52,849 bases of DNA, from IMG/VR virus record IMGVR_UViG_3300025459_000009, positions 1 to 52,849 of that record; one strand, 5' to 3'. Below the pieces are notes generated by a model that worked only from the letters and a program-made list of their open reading frames with translations, searched no databases and was not told the origin of the DNA. Position 1 is the stretch's first letter. Every line of letters starts with the position of its first letter. Both the position numbers and the translations under genes were made by a program. Below are positions 9,585 to 18,153 of this stretch, in pieces. Source of the stretch: a virus. Taxonomy: Duplodnaviria; Caudoviricetes.

Positions 9585-10021
9585 GAACACCAAAACTGAC
9601 CGAATACAATGATTACGCTACTTGGATGACTTTCGAAGTCATGTCAAACTACTGTGTTCGAATCATATTCACAGAAGACTTTAACAAGTCCGCCAAAAGT
9701 CGATTAGGGTATGCACCCCAGCAGGAAACCGCCGATGCTTTTTGCTTTCATTGTAAGGGGGATGGTAAATCATATCTTTTTCTAAAACTGGATTCCCCCG
9801 AGGGTACAATTGCTCACGAATGCTGGCACATCATCTTCCGCATGTTCAATCACTGTGGAGTGCGAGACTTCGACGACGAGACGACCGCGTATCATCTCGA
9901 CCATATGGTCGAACAAGTTTACAAGTTCAAAAATGCAATTCAAGCAGTCAAATCCAGCACCAAGAAAGAGGTCAGTCATGACCAATCAAAGCGTAGAGCA
10001 AGCAGTACGAAGCGCAATTAA
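9581..10021 (+). CDS. HExxH zinc-metallopeptidase-like protein
   Basis: TIAHECWH followed by DETTAY. Confidence 0.6.
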   Translation: MRTPKLTEYNDYATWMTFEVMSNYCVRIIFTEDFNKSAKSRLGYAPQQETADAFCFHCKGDGKSYLFLKLDSPEGTIAHECWHIIFRMFNHCGVRDFDDETTAYHLDHMVEQVYKFKNAIQAVKSSTKKEVSHDQSKRRASSTKRN

Positions 10022-10214
10022 ACTCGAAATAGGTGACGACGAGAACATCACCTTCAAGCAGAAAAACATGTTGTCCCAAAAGTACGGGATGACCCCAGCC
10101 ATCCTCATTGACAATGAACTGGACTATTGGGAGATGCGCGAGAAGGCAGGCGACCTGTCGATTGACTCATGGCAGGAACACGTGACATACATGGGGGGCC
10201 GCTATGTGCGATAG
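9978..10214 (+). CDS. hypothetical protein
   Basis: Start MTNQS after GAGG. Confidence 0.5.
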   Translation: MTNQSVEQAVRSAIKLEIGDDENITFKQKNMLSQKYGMTPAILIDNELDYWEMREKAGDLSIDSWQEHVTYMGGRYVR

Positions 10215-10773
10215 AGAAGAACCCGTCCACTGCTTTACTTCCGAGCCTGTCGTAGAGATGGTGAAAGAAGCCGTAGAGACAGATGCCCGCACTGAGGAGT
10301 TAGCGGCCCGTCTAAACGCCGAACCGAAGAAGCAACTATCTGAAGCACAGCTTCGGCAACTCCGAAATTTGTACTTTACCGTCCGCCATCATCGCGTTCA
10401 GCCGTGCGGACACCTGTTGGATCAGATCAATGAACCGACGTTCCGCAATTGCGAGGCGTGCTGGTTCTGTTTTTTCAATTCCCACGGTCAGTTGGTTGAA
10501 GTCACTGACAAAGCGTTCCAAGAGCAGGGCCGCGATTTCCTTGTGAAGATGCGTGGCGAGAGGTACGCCAAAATGTTCACACGGTTTATGAGCACTGTTG
10601 CACGAATGAAAAGGGAGAGCGATGAACAGCAAAGAAGCGAAATTCAAAGCAGTGGAAGCCTTGGGCAAGGCGATGGACAAAGCGAACGAGGGATCAATGA
10701 CGTTTCAACGGCAGGGAAACAAGGTGAACCAGCCAGTCCCGTCGATTTCGAGCAATCTAATATCGCTGGATAG
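10204..10773 (+). CDS. hypothetical protein, possible Zn-binding
   Basis: PCGH and CEAC motifs; tail overlaps recA. Confidence 0.5.
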   Translation: MCDREEPVHCFTSEPVVEMVKEAVETDARTEELAARLNAEPKKQLSEAQLRQLRNLYFTVRHHRVQPCGHLLDQINEPTFRNCEACWFCFFNSHGQLVEVTDKAFQEQGRDFLVKMRGERYAKMFTRFMSTVARMKRESDEQQRSEIQSSGSLGQGDGQSERGINDVSTAGKQGEPASPVDFEQSNIAG

Positions 10774-11596
10774 GGAAGTGCTCGGTTGTGGGGGGTTTCC
10801 GCGTGGCCGGATTATTGAAGTCTACGGTCCTGAATCTGCGGGGAAAACTGCGCTATGTCTACACGTAGCGGGGGAATGCCAGAAGGCGGGCGGGGTAGTT
10901 GCATTGGTAGACGCGGAACATGCATTATCGCCTACCTTCGCAGATACGCTCGGAGTCGATATGTCTGAGCTAATCATATCGCAACCGTCCTGCGGGGAAG
11001 AGGCTTTAGAAATCGTCGAGGGGCTGGTTGATGCTGGCGTTGATCTTATCATTGTAGATTCTGTTGCGGCTCTTACTCCACGCGCTGAAATCGACGGGGA
11101 TATGGGTGATTCACACATGGGGCTGATGGCGCGCCTTCTTAGCCAAGCTATGCGGAAGCTATGTGGGAAGACTTCCAAAGCCGGGACTGTTATTGTCTTC
11201 GTTAATCAAGTACGGGACAAAATAGGAATGGTGTTCGGTAATCCTGAGACGACGACTGGCGGCAGAGCCTTGAAGTTCTATGCCAGTGTACGGCTAGAGG
11301 TCCGCCGTGTGGCTGGATCAAAAGGGGGAGTTCTGAAAGATGGTGAGACTATCGTCGGTCATCGAGTAAATGTATCCGCAAAAAAGAACAAAGTTGCAAT
11401 GCCGTTCCGTGAGAGCATCATCGATTTGCTATACGAATCAGGATTTGATAAAGTAGACGATGCGATCCGCTACGCCGAGAAATTGGGCGTAATCACTGGC
11501 TCCGCGTGGCTGGTTTTTAAGGGAGAAAAATATCGCCGGGAAGATTTGACCCCGAAATATATGGAGATTGTGGAGGCGATCAAGTGCCACCAGTGA
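10622..11596 (+). CDS. recA: RecA recombinase (phage-encoded)
   Basis: GRIIEVYGPESAGKT, DAEHAL, IIVDSVAAL, NQVRDKIG..GNPETTTGGRALKFYASVRL. Confidence 0.95.
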   Translation: MNSKEAKFKAVEALGKAMDKANEGSMTFQRQGNKVNQPVPSISSNLISLDREVLGCGGFPRGRIIEVYGPESAGKTALCLHVAGECQKAGGVVALVDAEHALSPTFADTLGVDMSELIISQPSCGEEALEIVEGLVDAGVDLIIVDSVAALTPRAEIDGDMGDSHMGLMARLLSQAMRKLCGKTSKAGTVIVFVNQVRDKIGMVFGNPETTTGGRALKFYASVRLEVRRVAGSKGGVLKDGETIVGHRVNVSAKKNKVAMPFRESIIDLLYESGFDKVDDAIRYAEKLGVITGSAWLVFKGEKYRREDLTPKYMEIVEAIKCHQ

Positions 11597-11658
11597 TCGA
11601 TGTACTCAATCAGCGGTTTAGCCCCTATATTACGGGCCATTCGACAGGAGAGAATCCA

Positions 11659-11880
11659 ATGAAGAAGCAGACGAAGAAAGCACCCCCGACGCTTAAGGGT
11701 ACATCTATTTTTCTATACACAAGTTCTTGCTGCGGAGCGCAGGCGATGAAGACACCTTGCGTGAAGGTAGACAAGAAGACTGCGGAGACGCAGGGCCTTG
11801 GCACCTTCCGGTGCTCAATTTGCCACAAGGCGTGCAAGTGTGGCCGGACGAAAAATCCGCTTGACAAGGCGGGGGAGTAG
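11659..11880 (+). CDS. small Cys-rich protein
   Basis: GGAG RBS; CC..C..CSIC..CKC. Confidence 0.55.
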   Translation: MKKQTKKAPPTLKGTSIFLYTSSCCGAQAMKTPCVKVDKKTAETQGLGTFRCSICHKACKCGRTKNPLDKAGE

Positions 11881-11889
11881 TGGTAAGGT
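11861..11889 (+). promoter_or_regulatory. sigma70-type promoter
   Basis: TTGACA-17 nt-TAAGGT, TG extension, A-tract upstream. Confidence 0.55.
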
Positions 11890-11935
11890 AAGACTCTATG
11901 AAATCATCAGGTCGATTCGAAAGGTTTGGTGAAGC

Positions 11936-12322
11936 ATGATAAGCCGTAAGATAGCCTCGTGGATAATCATTTTGGCGGCACTCGCCTTCGCTCTGGCTGT
12001 AGGCAGGGCATTCGGGTCAACAGGGCAACTAAGACCGAATAGCCTTGGCGTGACCGAGACGTACCAGAATCCGAACACGTACCTACTCGCTCTCCCTGTA
12101 GACGGGAAGATTCTCGACGGGAGATTCACGAACATCAGATTCCAGCCGTACAACGCAGCGGCCTTGTTCGACGCGAGCCTTCTGTTCTGCGGGGACGTGA
12201 CCGAGCAGTTTGACGGTAAGAGAGGCCCGGTCGTCGTGACGTACCTTACGCGAGCGTCAGGCATGTACCAAGGCATCGGCTGTCACGAATTGGTCAGCGT
12301 GTTCACGGTGAACGAGCAATGA
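11936..12322 (+). CDS. secreted or membrane-anchored protein
   Basis: Basic N-terminus plus hydrophobic signal-like stretch. Confidence 0.55.
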   Translation: MISRKIASWIIILAALAFALAVGRAFGSTGQLRPNSLGVTETYQNPNTYLLALPVDGKILDGRFTNIRFQPYNAAALFDASLLFCGDVTEQFDGKRGPVVVTYLTRASGMYQGIGCHELVSVFTVNEQ

Positions 12323-12477
12323 CATCTAATTTTCTGGATTCGAATACGGCACAAGAACTAGAATTTCTCCTCTGGGGTTTAACCATGGTTGGGGTGTTCT
12401 CTCTAATCGTCGTAGCGATTTCGGTCGCTATGTACTTGTACAAAGAGTTGGGTTTACTGTGGTGGTGGAAGCCATGA
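12319..12477 (+). CDS. small single-TM membrane protein (52 aa)
   Basis: Manual translation MTSNFLD...WWWKP; ATGA overlaps at both ends. Confidence 0.55.
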   Translation: MTSNFLDSNTAQELEFLLWGLTMVGVFSLIVVAISVAMYLYKELGLLWWWKP

Positions 12478-12971
12478 GCGCCGAACATTTCCGCTGGGAT
12501 GAAAAAGTACGGAGATACATTCCGTGCACCGAAGAAGAAGGTTGGGAATCTGAAGGGGGCAAGCCCATGGAATTAGGTCCAGTATACGTTCCACCAACGA
12601 AGAAACTTTTGACCGACACGGGCACTCGCTTCGAACATCTCAATGATCTGCTCGATTATCTGGGTGAAGGCATCATCGCGGTCCAGAATTCTCTCAAACG
12701 CTATGACAATGAGAATGATGCTCTGCGGTTGAAGCGTCTAGAATCTGCTGCCACATTGATCCAAATTTATCAGAACCAAATGGCAAACGTGGACGGTGAG
12801 AAATGGGCTTTCAACAATATGCTGGATAAGTGCGCTCCTGAGCGTGGCGTGCTTGAGACGATTCGCAGAGAACGAATCGAAGCACTCAAAACAGGGGCTG
12901 ACCAAAAATCTTTACCCGCTCGACCGTTGGAAGATACAGGTAACGATCTACTTTCGGGAGCCGCCGACTAA
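12474..12971 (+). CDS. hypothetical protein
   Basis: ORF coupled to its neighbours. Confidence 0.55.
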   Translation: MSAEHFRWDEKVRRYIPCTEEEGWESEGGKPMELGPVYVPPTKKLLTDTGTRFEHLNDLLDYLGEGIIAVQNSLKRYDNENDALRLKRLESAATLIQIYQNQMANVDGEKWAFNNMLDKCAPERGVLETIRRERIEALKTGADQKSLPARPLEDTGNDLLSGAAD

Positions 12972-13516
12972 TGACCCGTGACGAGAAATACCGACAGACA
13001 CGCGCTAGAAACCGTGCGTATCGTACCCGGAGAGCGTTAGGGATCATACACCGTGCCCAGCCGAAGACCGTGGAAGAAGCCCGGACTGCTTTGGGCATGG
13101 CGTGCGTCGAAGTCGGCCAAGGGGCATTCAGGATCGCATACAGGGTTCACGGCACGAACCTGCTCATCAAATTCCCGATCATGTTCAACTATCCCACGCA
13201 TGAGGGGGATAACTGGCATGACAGGGAAGGTAAGAATCATACACGGATGGAGGTCAAGAAGATTCGTGCACTACTGGCCTATCCAATGATGGCAAAACAT
13301 CTGCCGCCGATCTATTATTTCAATGGACGGGATGGCGTCATGGTCACTCAATACTACCCGAAGTCGCGGTGGGTCTCATCCGCTACGAATCAACTGGTAT
13401 CTGAGATGTTCAAAGAATTTTGTGGTGTGGTCATGGGTGACATGTCCCCGGACAATCTACGAACAGGACGTGCGAGGTACATGGATAATCTGATCTTCAT
13501 TGACTGCGGGTACTGA
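12971..13516 (+). CDS. minimal protein-kinase-like protein
   Basis: VGQGAFR (Gly loop), LLIKF, MEVK, GDMSPDN (catalytic loop), FIDCG (DFG-like). Confidence 0.7.
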   Translation: MTRDEKYRQTRARNRAYRTRRALGIIHRAQPKTVEEARTALGMACVEVGQGAFRIAYRVHGTNLLIKFPIMFNYPTHEGDNWHDREGKNHTRMEVKKIRALLAYPMMAKHLPPIYYFNGRDGVMVTQYYPKSRWVSSATNQLVSEMFKEFCGVVMGDMSPDNLRTGRARYMDNLIFIDCGY

Positions 13517-14025
13517 TGAACGACATATTCTTCCAGAATAAACACAATACGACTCTCATACTTCGGCGTCGAAGTGGTGCGGATATGTATGTCACGTTAT
13601 CCACGCAGGATTACCCGATGGTGTCAAAATTCCGCTGGCATGCGGTACGCGGCAAGGATAAGAAATCGTTCTATGCAGTGGCAAACGTTCGAAAACCTAA
13701 CGGCTCTTGGACATGTGTCCTAATGCATCAAGTGCTCCGGGGAACTGGAATAGACCACGTAGACCGTGATGGACTCAACAATCAGGACTACAACCTTAGA
13801 CCCGCTAGTGGCTCAGAGAATTGTGCAAATCGTGGCATGATGAAAAATAATAAAAGCGGATATCGGGGCGTGTGGTGGAATAAACGGAGCAACAAATGGG
13901 TGGCAGGCGTGCGCGTTAATCGCAAGATGAAACATCTGGGATACTTCCCAATTCTTGAAGACGCCGTATTCGCGGTCTCGGTTGCACGGGAACATTACTT
14001 CGGTAAGTTTGCACCTAGTTACTAA
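13516..14025 (+). CDS. HNH-AP2 homing endonuclease
   Basis: MHQ..IDHVDRDGLNNQDYNLR; SGYRGV..WVA..HLGYF. Confidence 0.85.
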   Translation: MNDIFFQNKHNTTLILRRRSGADMYVTLSTQDYPMVSKFRWHAVRGKDKKSFYAVANVRKPNGSWTCVLMHQVLRGTGIDHVDRDGLNNQDYNLRPASGSENCANRGMMKNNKSGYRGVWWNKRSNKWVAGVRVNRKMKHLGYFPILEDAVFAVSVAREHYFGKFAPSY

Positions 14026-14031
14026 AGATTG

Positions 14032-14060
14032 TTGACGAGAACGGGCCGTACGCGTACACT
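14032..14060 (+). promoter_or_regulatory. sigma70-type promoter
   Basis: TTGACG-17 nt-TACACT. Confidence 0.5.
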
Positions 14061-14077
14061 TTTGATTGGGGGTGACT

Positions 14078-14362
14078 ATGTTCATCGAAGACTACATCAA
14101 ACAGCAACAGAATCCGCCGGTTAAAGAAGGGCTATCCATGGAAGTCGAGTACTCAATCGGCCCATTAAAAATTGCGGGCCATCGTGAACGCTACTCCGTC
14201 ACACAACAGAGAGTCGGTACAGTGTTCATAGGCAACGAGGCCGAATGCATCGAATACGTCCGTCAGAAACGAGTCCTGCAAGCTGTAAAGCAGGCTGAGA
14301 AGGCATTGGCTACACCGAGGCGAGATTACCGTCAGGGCGCGAACCCTGATTTCACCAGATAG
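14078..14362 (+). CDS. hypothetical protein
   Basis: ORF after promoter with GGGGGT RBS. Confidence 0.5.
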   Translation: MFIEDYIKQQQNPPVKEGLSMEVEYSIGPLKIAGHRERYSVTQQRVGTVFIGNEAECIEYVRQKRVLQAVKQAEKALATPRRDYRQGANPDFTR

Positions 14363-14369
14363 GAGTCAC

Positions 14370-14474
14370 ATGTACTGGAATGTCCGAAGGCTCGCAGTCG
14401 TCCGCACCGTCGGGCAGATTCTCGCACTGATCGCACAGATTACTATGCTCGCCGTCGTTCTATTCCGCAAATAA
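14370..14474 (+). CDS. small hydrophobic protein (34 aa)
   Basis: AGGAG RBS; MYWNVRRLAVV...LFRK. Confidence 0.5.
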   Translation: MYWNVRRLAVVRTVGQILALIAQITMLAVVLFRK

Positions 14475-14508
14475 AAATAAGCCCCTCACCGTTGAATTGG
14501 CGAGGGGC
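14469..14508 (-). terminator. Rho-independent terminator where the two arms converge
   Basis: - strand GCCCCTCGCC/GGTGAGGGGC stem followed by TTATTTTTATTT. Confidence 0.85.
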
Positions 14509-14543
14509 GTTTGTTCCAACGTAGGTTGTGTACTGCATTCGTG

Positions 14544-14732
14544 CTAAGATGACGGCGTGATGGTATTCCCGAAATTCTTTGGGAGAGTGACCGGACTGCC
14601 GAAATTTTTTGGCAGGGTCACTGGATTATCAAAGTTGTGAGTCGCCGTATTGATGATTTCGCCAAAAGTGTGTGGCAGAGTGATGGGGACTCCATTACGA
14701 AAATCCCCTGTTCGATTCAGTCCTAACGGCAT
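14544..14732 (-). CDS. 62 aa protein with ~10 aa repeats (PVTLPKNFG)
   Basis: AGGAG RBS; two repeats differ only at synonymous positions. Confidence 0.7.
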   Translation of the reverse strand: MPLGLNRTGDFRNGVPITLPHTFGEIINTATHNFDNPVTLPKNFGSPVTLPKNFGNTITPSS

Positions 14733-14747
14733 AATTCTCCTAAATTG

Positions 14748-15320
14748 TTAGACGTAAAAGAAGACTACTGGCGGTCCTACTCCATTACTCCCGAATGTCG
14801 CGGCCGATTTAGTTCCCAGCAACTGTGCAGGCAAAACTCCCCCCGAACTAGCCACGGATGATTGGAATGCATTCAAACCATTCACTCCTGAAAAGGCATT
14901 GATGAGGCTCGCATAAGAACCGTCAAGACCATAATCCATACTTAATCCGAGACTGCTATCATTAGTAGTCCAGCCGTAATAGTAAGTTCCGGGTTGGACT
15001 TGATAGGGGGTCACTGTTGATAAAACGTTACCCGCGATTGCACCGCTCATGGCCCCAGAAGATACCAACAAGTTGCCCGATAAATCGTATAACCCTACGG
15101 AGAATAATGCACCCGCGTCTGGGGTGAGTACGTAGGCCAGCACATTGTGCCAAGAAAAAGAATACGGGATCGTAAGCATCATCGCATAAGTAGTGTTAGC
15201 TACCAACGAAGCACTCCTACCCCCTCCAAAATCATTGTACGGATACATGCAAGGAAGAACAGCATATCCCGCACCGGGGGTAACTACGTTTAGACCACTT
15301 TGGGGATTCGAGATTATCAT
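14748..15320 (-). CDS. virion-type beta protein, paralog 3
   Basis: Shares GLYxLSGN, PGxYYxxW and GVLPxxL(L)G with the two upstream genes. Confidence 0.65.
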   Translation of the reverse strand: MIISNPQSGLNVVTPGAGYAVLPCMYPYNDFGGGRSASLVANTTYAMMLTIPYSFSWHNVLAYVLTPDAGALFSVGLYDLSGNLLVSSGAMSGAIAGNVLSTVTPYQVQPGTYYYGWTTNDSSLGLSMDYGLDGSYASLINAFSGVNGLNAFQSSVASSGGVLPAQLLGTKSAATFGSNGVGPPVVFFYV

Positions 15321-15323
15321 AGG

Positions 15324-15884
15324 CTATACCATGCTCACCATTGTAGGAGGGAGAATGCTGCTAAGAGCTAAATTCACCGGGGTTAACGTTCCGAGAGTAG
15401 CAGGAAGCACTCCGAGTGTGGCGGCATTAGCCGCTGTAAAAGTTACGTTCCCCATACCTGCGAAGAGGGCGCATAGATCATGGTCTAATCCGCCTTGACC
15501 GTACAGGGTACATCCCGTCCCGCCAGAAGTCCACGCATAGTAGTAAACGCCCGGAACCAGTGTGTATGGAGTAATGGAGGTGTTTATCACTCCAAGACCT
15601 GACGAAGAGGGGATTGGGTTATGCACCAATAGATTTCCACTTAAACTGTAGAATCCTATGTCAATGTTTTGGGCTGTACCGCTTATAGATACCGCCAAAT
15701 TTTGGAGTGTAACTGCCCCCGGAATAACCAATTGAAGAACGGCTACTAGATTGTTGGCGGGCATGGAGGCGCTGGCACCACCCGAGTTTATGGTCGGGGA
15801 CATGAAAGGGAAAGAAGCTACTCCAGTCAGAGTATAATCCGGCTGGGGACTTGCGGAAATATTTGGATTATTTATATTACTCAT
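15324..15884 (-). CDS. virion-type beta protein, paralog 2
   Basis: MSNINNPN start; same shared motifs. Confidence 0.65.
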   Translation of the reverse strand: MSNINNPNISASPQPDYTLTGVASFPFMSPTINSGGASASMPANNLVAVLQLVIPGAVTLQNLAVSISGTAQNIDIGFYSLSGNLLVHNPIPSSSGLGVINTSITPYTLVPGVYYYAWTSGGTGCTLYGQGGLDHDLCALFAGMGNVTFTAANAATLGVLPATLGTLTPVNLALSSILPPTMVSMV

Positions 15885-16699
15885 GGCGTACACACACAGA
15901 CTGGCACAGAGACCGATAATCCTGTAAGAGCACCTAACGTGGAAGGTAATACCCCTGATGAGGACGCGTTGGCCGCTGAAAACATCATAGGAGTCGGAAA
16001 GTAAGGCAATGCTAGTCCGAACCCTCCAGCCAATTGTCCCCCTGAACTTACCTTAAACCCCGAGAGAGACCCCGCCGAATTTGAGACACTGCTGCTCCAA
16101 CAAAACAGATAATTCCCCGGATTGATAACTGTAGTGCTAACCGACACGCTACTGACACCCAAAGTTGTACCCGGTGTCATAACCCCCGCCACTATCTGAT
16201 TGCCTGACAAGGTATATAGACCATAACCTATAGCAGCCCCTGTTGGAGGGGCTACAGAACACGAAGACCCCGCAGGGGCCGTTTCGGCCACACCATTAGG
16301 ATTAGTCAAAGTCATTGTGGTAGTCGTATTAGCAGTACACGGAAAGATTCCATTATTTCCCGCATGGGTGAAACCCGCGCAGATGATTTTGCTGCCAACA
16401 AGGGCACTTGCCAGGGCTATCCCCCCTGATCTAGTGTATACCGTACTCCCCCCAGAGGCATTGGCTACGAGATATCCCGACCAACCCAGAATAAGAGCCG
16501 AGTCAATCAATGTGTTGAAAGTGGTTATAGAAATCTGGAAGGGGATATTCACTTGCATTCCATAGACCACGTTGGCGGTAAAATTCGCAACCGACGATGC
16601 GGATTCAAAAGCAGGGTAGATTGTAGGAAAAACGATATATCCTTGTCCCGAAGTCGATATGTTCAGATACCCACTGTTAGGATTATTTACGTTACTCAT
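15881..16699 (-). CDS. virion-type beta protein, paralog 1, with inserted module
   Basis: MSNVNNPN start; shared motifs; ~75 aa insertion. Confidence 0.65.
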   Translation of the reverse strand: MSNVNNPNSGYLNISTSGQGYIVFPTIYPAFESASSVANFTANVVYGMQVNIPFQISITTFNTLIDSALILGWSGYLVANASGGSTVYTRSGGIALASALVGSKIICAGFTHAGNNGIFPCTANTTTTMTLTNPNGVAETAPAGSSCSVAPPTGAAIGYGLYTLSGNQIVAGVMTPGTTLGVSSVSVSTTVINPGNYLFCWSSSVSNSAGSLSGFKVSSGGQLAGGFGLALPYFPTPMMFSAANASSSGVLPSTLGALTGLSVSVPVCVCTP

Positions 16700-16707
16700 T
16701 CATCCGC

Positions 16708-17127
16708 CTAACTTTGCACTTGATACAACGCTCCGCTTATCTGTACCGCGTTACTAGAGTTGATTACAAAGCCAGCGCCCGCAGTCGTAGTGAACCAAGG
16801 TTCGCTCGAAAAATCAAGGGTAATAGAACCATTGGCTTGTAGGGGCATAGCTCCAGTGAATACAACAGGAGTACCCGCGTTGTCCTTGAAAGTAATGTTA
16901 GTCGCACCCGCTACTACCAAGAACAAACGATACACTCTCACGGATTTTGTACCTGACCCAGCAACAAGAACCGTAGACCCACTAGCTGAGATGTTTATCT
17001 CAACAGGAGTTGTGGCCGCTATCGCAGGAGCTACCGTTGTAGGGGCAGGGTTACCTGAAGTGAATAATATATTCGTGCCGTCGCTGATGCACGTTTTTGG
17101 AAATTGTACCTGTGAGTTGCTAATCAT
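16708..17127 (-). CDS. small structural beta-sandwich protein
   Basis: GGAG RBS; T/S/G/A-rich; late operon. Confidence 0.6.
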   Translation of the reverse strand: MISNSQVQFPKTCISDGTNILFTSGNPAPTTVAPAIAATTPVEINISASGSTVLVAGSGTKSVRVYRLFLVVAGATNITFKDNAGTPVVFTGAMPLQANGSITLDFSSEPWFTTTAGAGFVINSSNAVQISGALYQVQS

Positions 17128-17134
17128 AATGCTC

Positions 17135-17236
17135 CTAAACTACCCGCAATTGCTTATCGCCGCTTTCACTGATGAGAGTGCGTGTCGAGTGCGAGAAGAC
17201 CATGCAGCCATCGCTCGCGCAACGTGGATGACCTAT
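17135..17236 (-). pseudogene. orphan second copy of the Tlde1-like gene 3' end
   Basis: Frame reads IGHPRCASDGCMVFSHSTRTLISESGDKQLRVV*, aligning with ASEGCIIMSRKTRNQVITSGDNRLQVV*. Confidence 0.85.
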
Positions 17237-17762
17237 AATCAATGTATCTCGTACCCTTATGATTGTTACATCCGCCTACTGCCCCACGTTTATGGCCGTG
17301 ACATAGCGGTTGAATATTTGATATGTCGTTGGACCCACCAAGTGCGATAGGTAAAACATGGTCGGGCACGAGCGTCAATCCAGCGGCAATTAATTCTGGT
17401 TCGCTTCGACCGCAGCCAAGACAAACGTTGCCGAGAGCCTTAAATTGCTCCGTCGTAAAAGAACCGCCTGCTCCCGTCTTTCTAGCACGGCGACGATGGT
17501 GTATAGCTGCGACCTTTAGCGGATTATCTTTTGCCCATCGAGCACATATTTCACGGGCCTTTTCAGGGTTATCCTGACGCCATTGGCGGGACATCTCGCT
17601 ACACTTCTTGAGATTATTCTTTCGCCACTTGGTATAATACGCCCGCTGCTCTGTTCTGTGACCCTCGAACCATGTACGAGAATACTCAGGATGAGACTCT
17701 CGCCATCTACGACTCCGCAATATCTTTCGAAGAATCGGTGTCATGACATTGATATGGAGCAT
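17166..17762 (-). CDS. HNH homing endonuclease
   Basis: R/K/W-rich N-terminus; HRRRARK..GSFT..CLGC..PDHVLPIALGGSNDISNIQPLC..CN..KG. Confidence 0.85.
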   Translation of the reverse strand: MLHINVMTPILRKILRSRRWRESHPEYSRTWFEGHRTEQRAYYTKWRKNNLKKCSEMSRQWRQDNPEKAREICARWAKDNPLKVAAIHHRRRARKTGAGGSFTTEQFKALGNVCLGCGRSEPELIAAGLTLVPDHVLPIALGGSNDISNIQPLCHGHKRGAVGGCNNHKGTRYIDYRSSTLRERWLHGLLALDTHSHQ

Positions 17763-17769
17763 GTTATTC

Positions 17770-18144
17770 CTAAACTACCTGAAGCCGATTATCCCCACTG
17801 GTAATTACTTGGTTTCGAGTTTTCCTTGACATGATTATACACCCTTCTGAAGCTTTTCCGCTAGGGGTGGTATCGCCATGCAGATAAAAGTCTCCACGTC
17901 CACGCATGTCGTTATTCGCATCCGGCGTCAACGGAATTGCGAGCGGGCCGAGATGGGTTCCTTCGACCGCTGCGCCAAACGTGTAGTATCCGACAGGTAA
18001 CGGGCCGATGTCCTCTGTGTACTGGTACGCTTTGTTGCAAATTCCTTCGGGGTTCTTGCCTAAGTTCCCCCCGGCATATCCCTTCTCAATCTGCGTGCTG
18101 CTAGGGTCGGTGAGCCAACCCGTGCTACTGTCGAATGTCCACAT
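17770..18144 (-). CDS. Tlde1/DUF2778 L,D-transpeptidase-fold peptidoglycan enzyme
   Basis: GYAG, GPLPVGYY, RGDFYLHGD, ASEGCI (His/Cys catalytic motif). Confidence 0.85.
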   Translation of the reverse strand: MWTFDSSTGWLTDPSSTQIEKGYAGGNLGKNPEGICNKAYQYTEDIGPLPVGYYTFGAAVEGTHLGPLAIPLTPDANNDMRGRGDFYLHGDTTPSGKASEGCIIMSRKTRNQVITSGDNRLQVV

Positions 18145-18153
18145 TTCAGTTCC

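Noticed and set aside
5339-11596. Inteins in the helicase or RecA
   Set aside because: Normal lengths with contiguous motifs; no C...HN-C/S/T insertion
17135-17770. Group I intron around the HNH in the Tlde1 gene
   Set aside because: No P7 (GACTA/TAGTC) or P3 elements and no non-coding space for a core; the upstream gene is already complete
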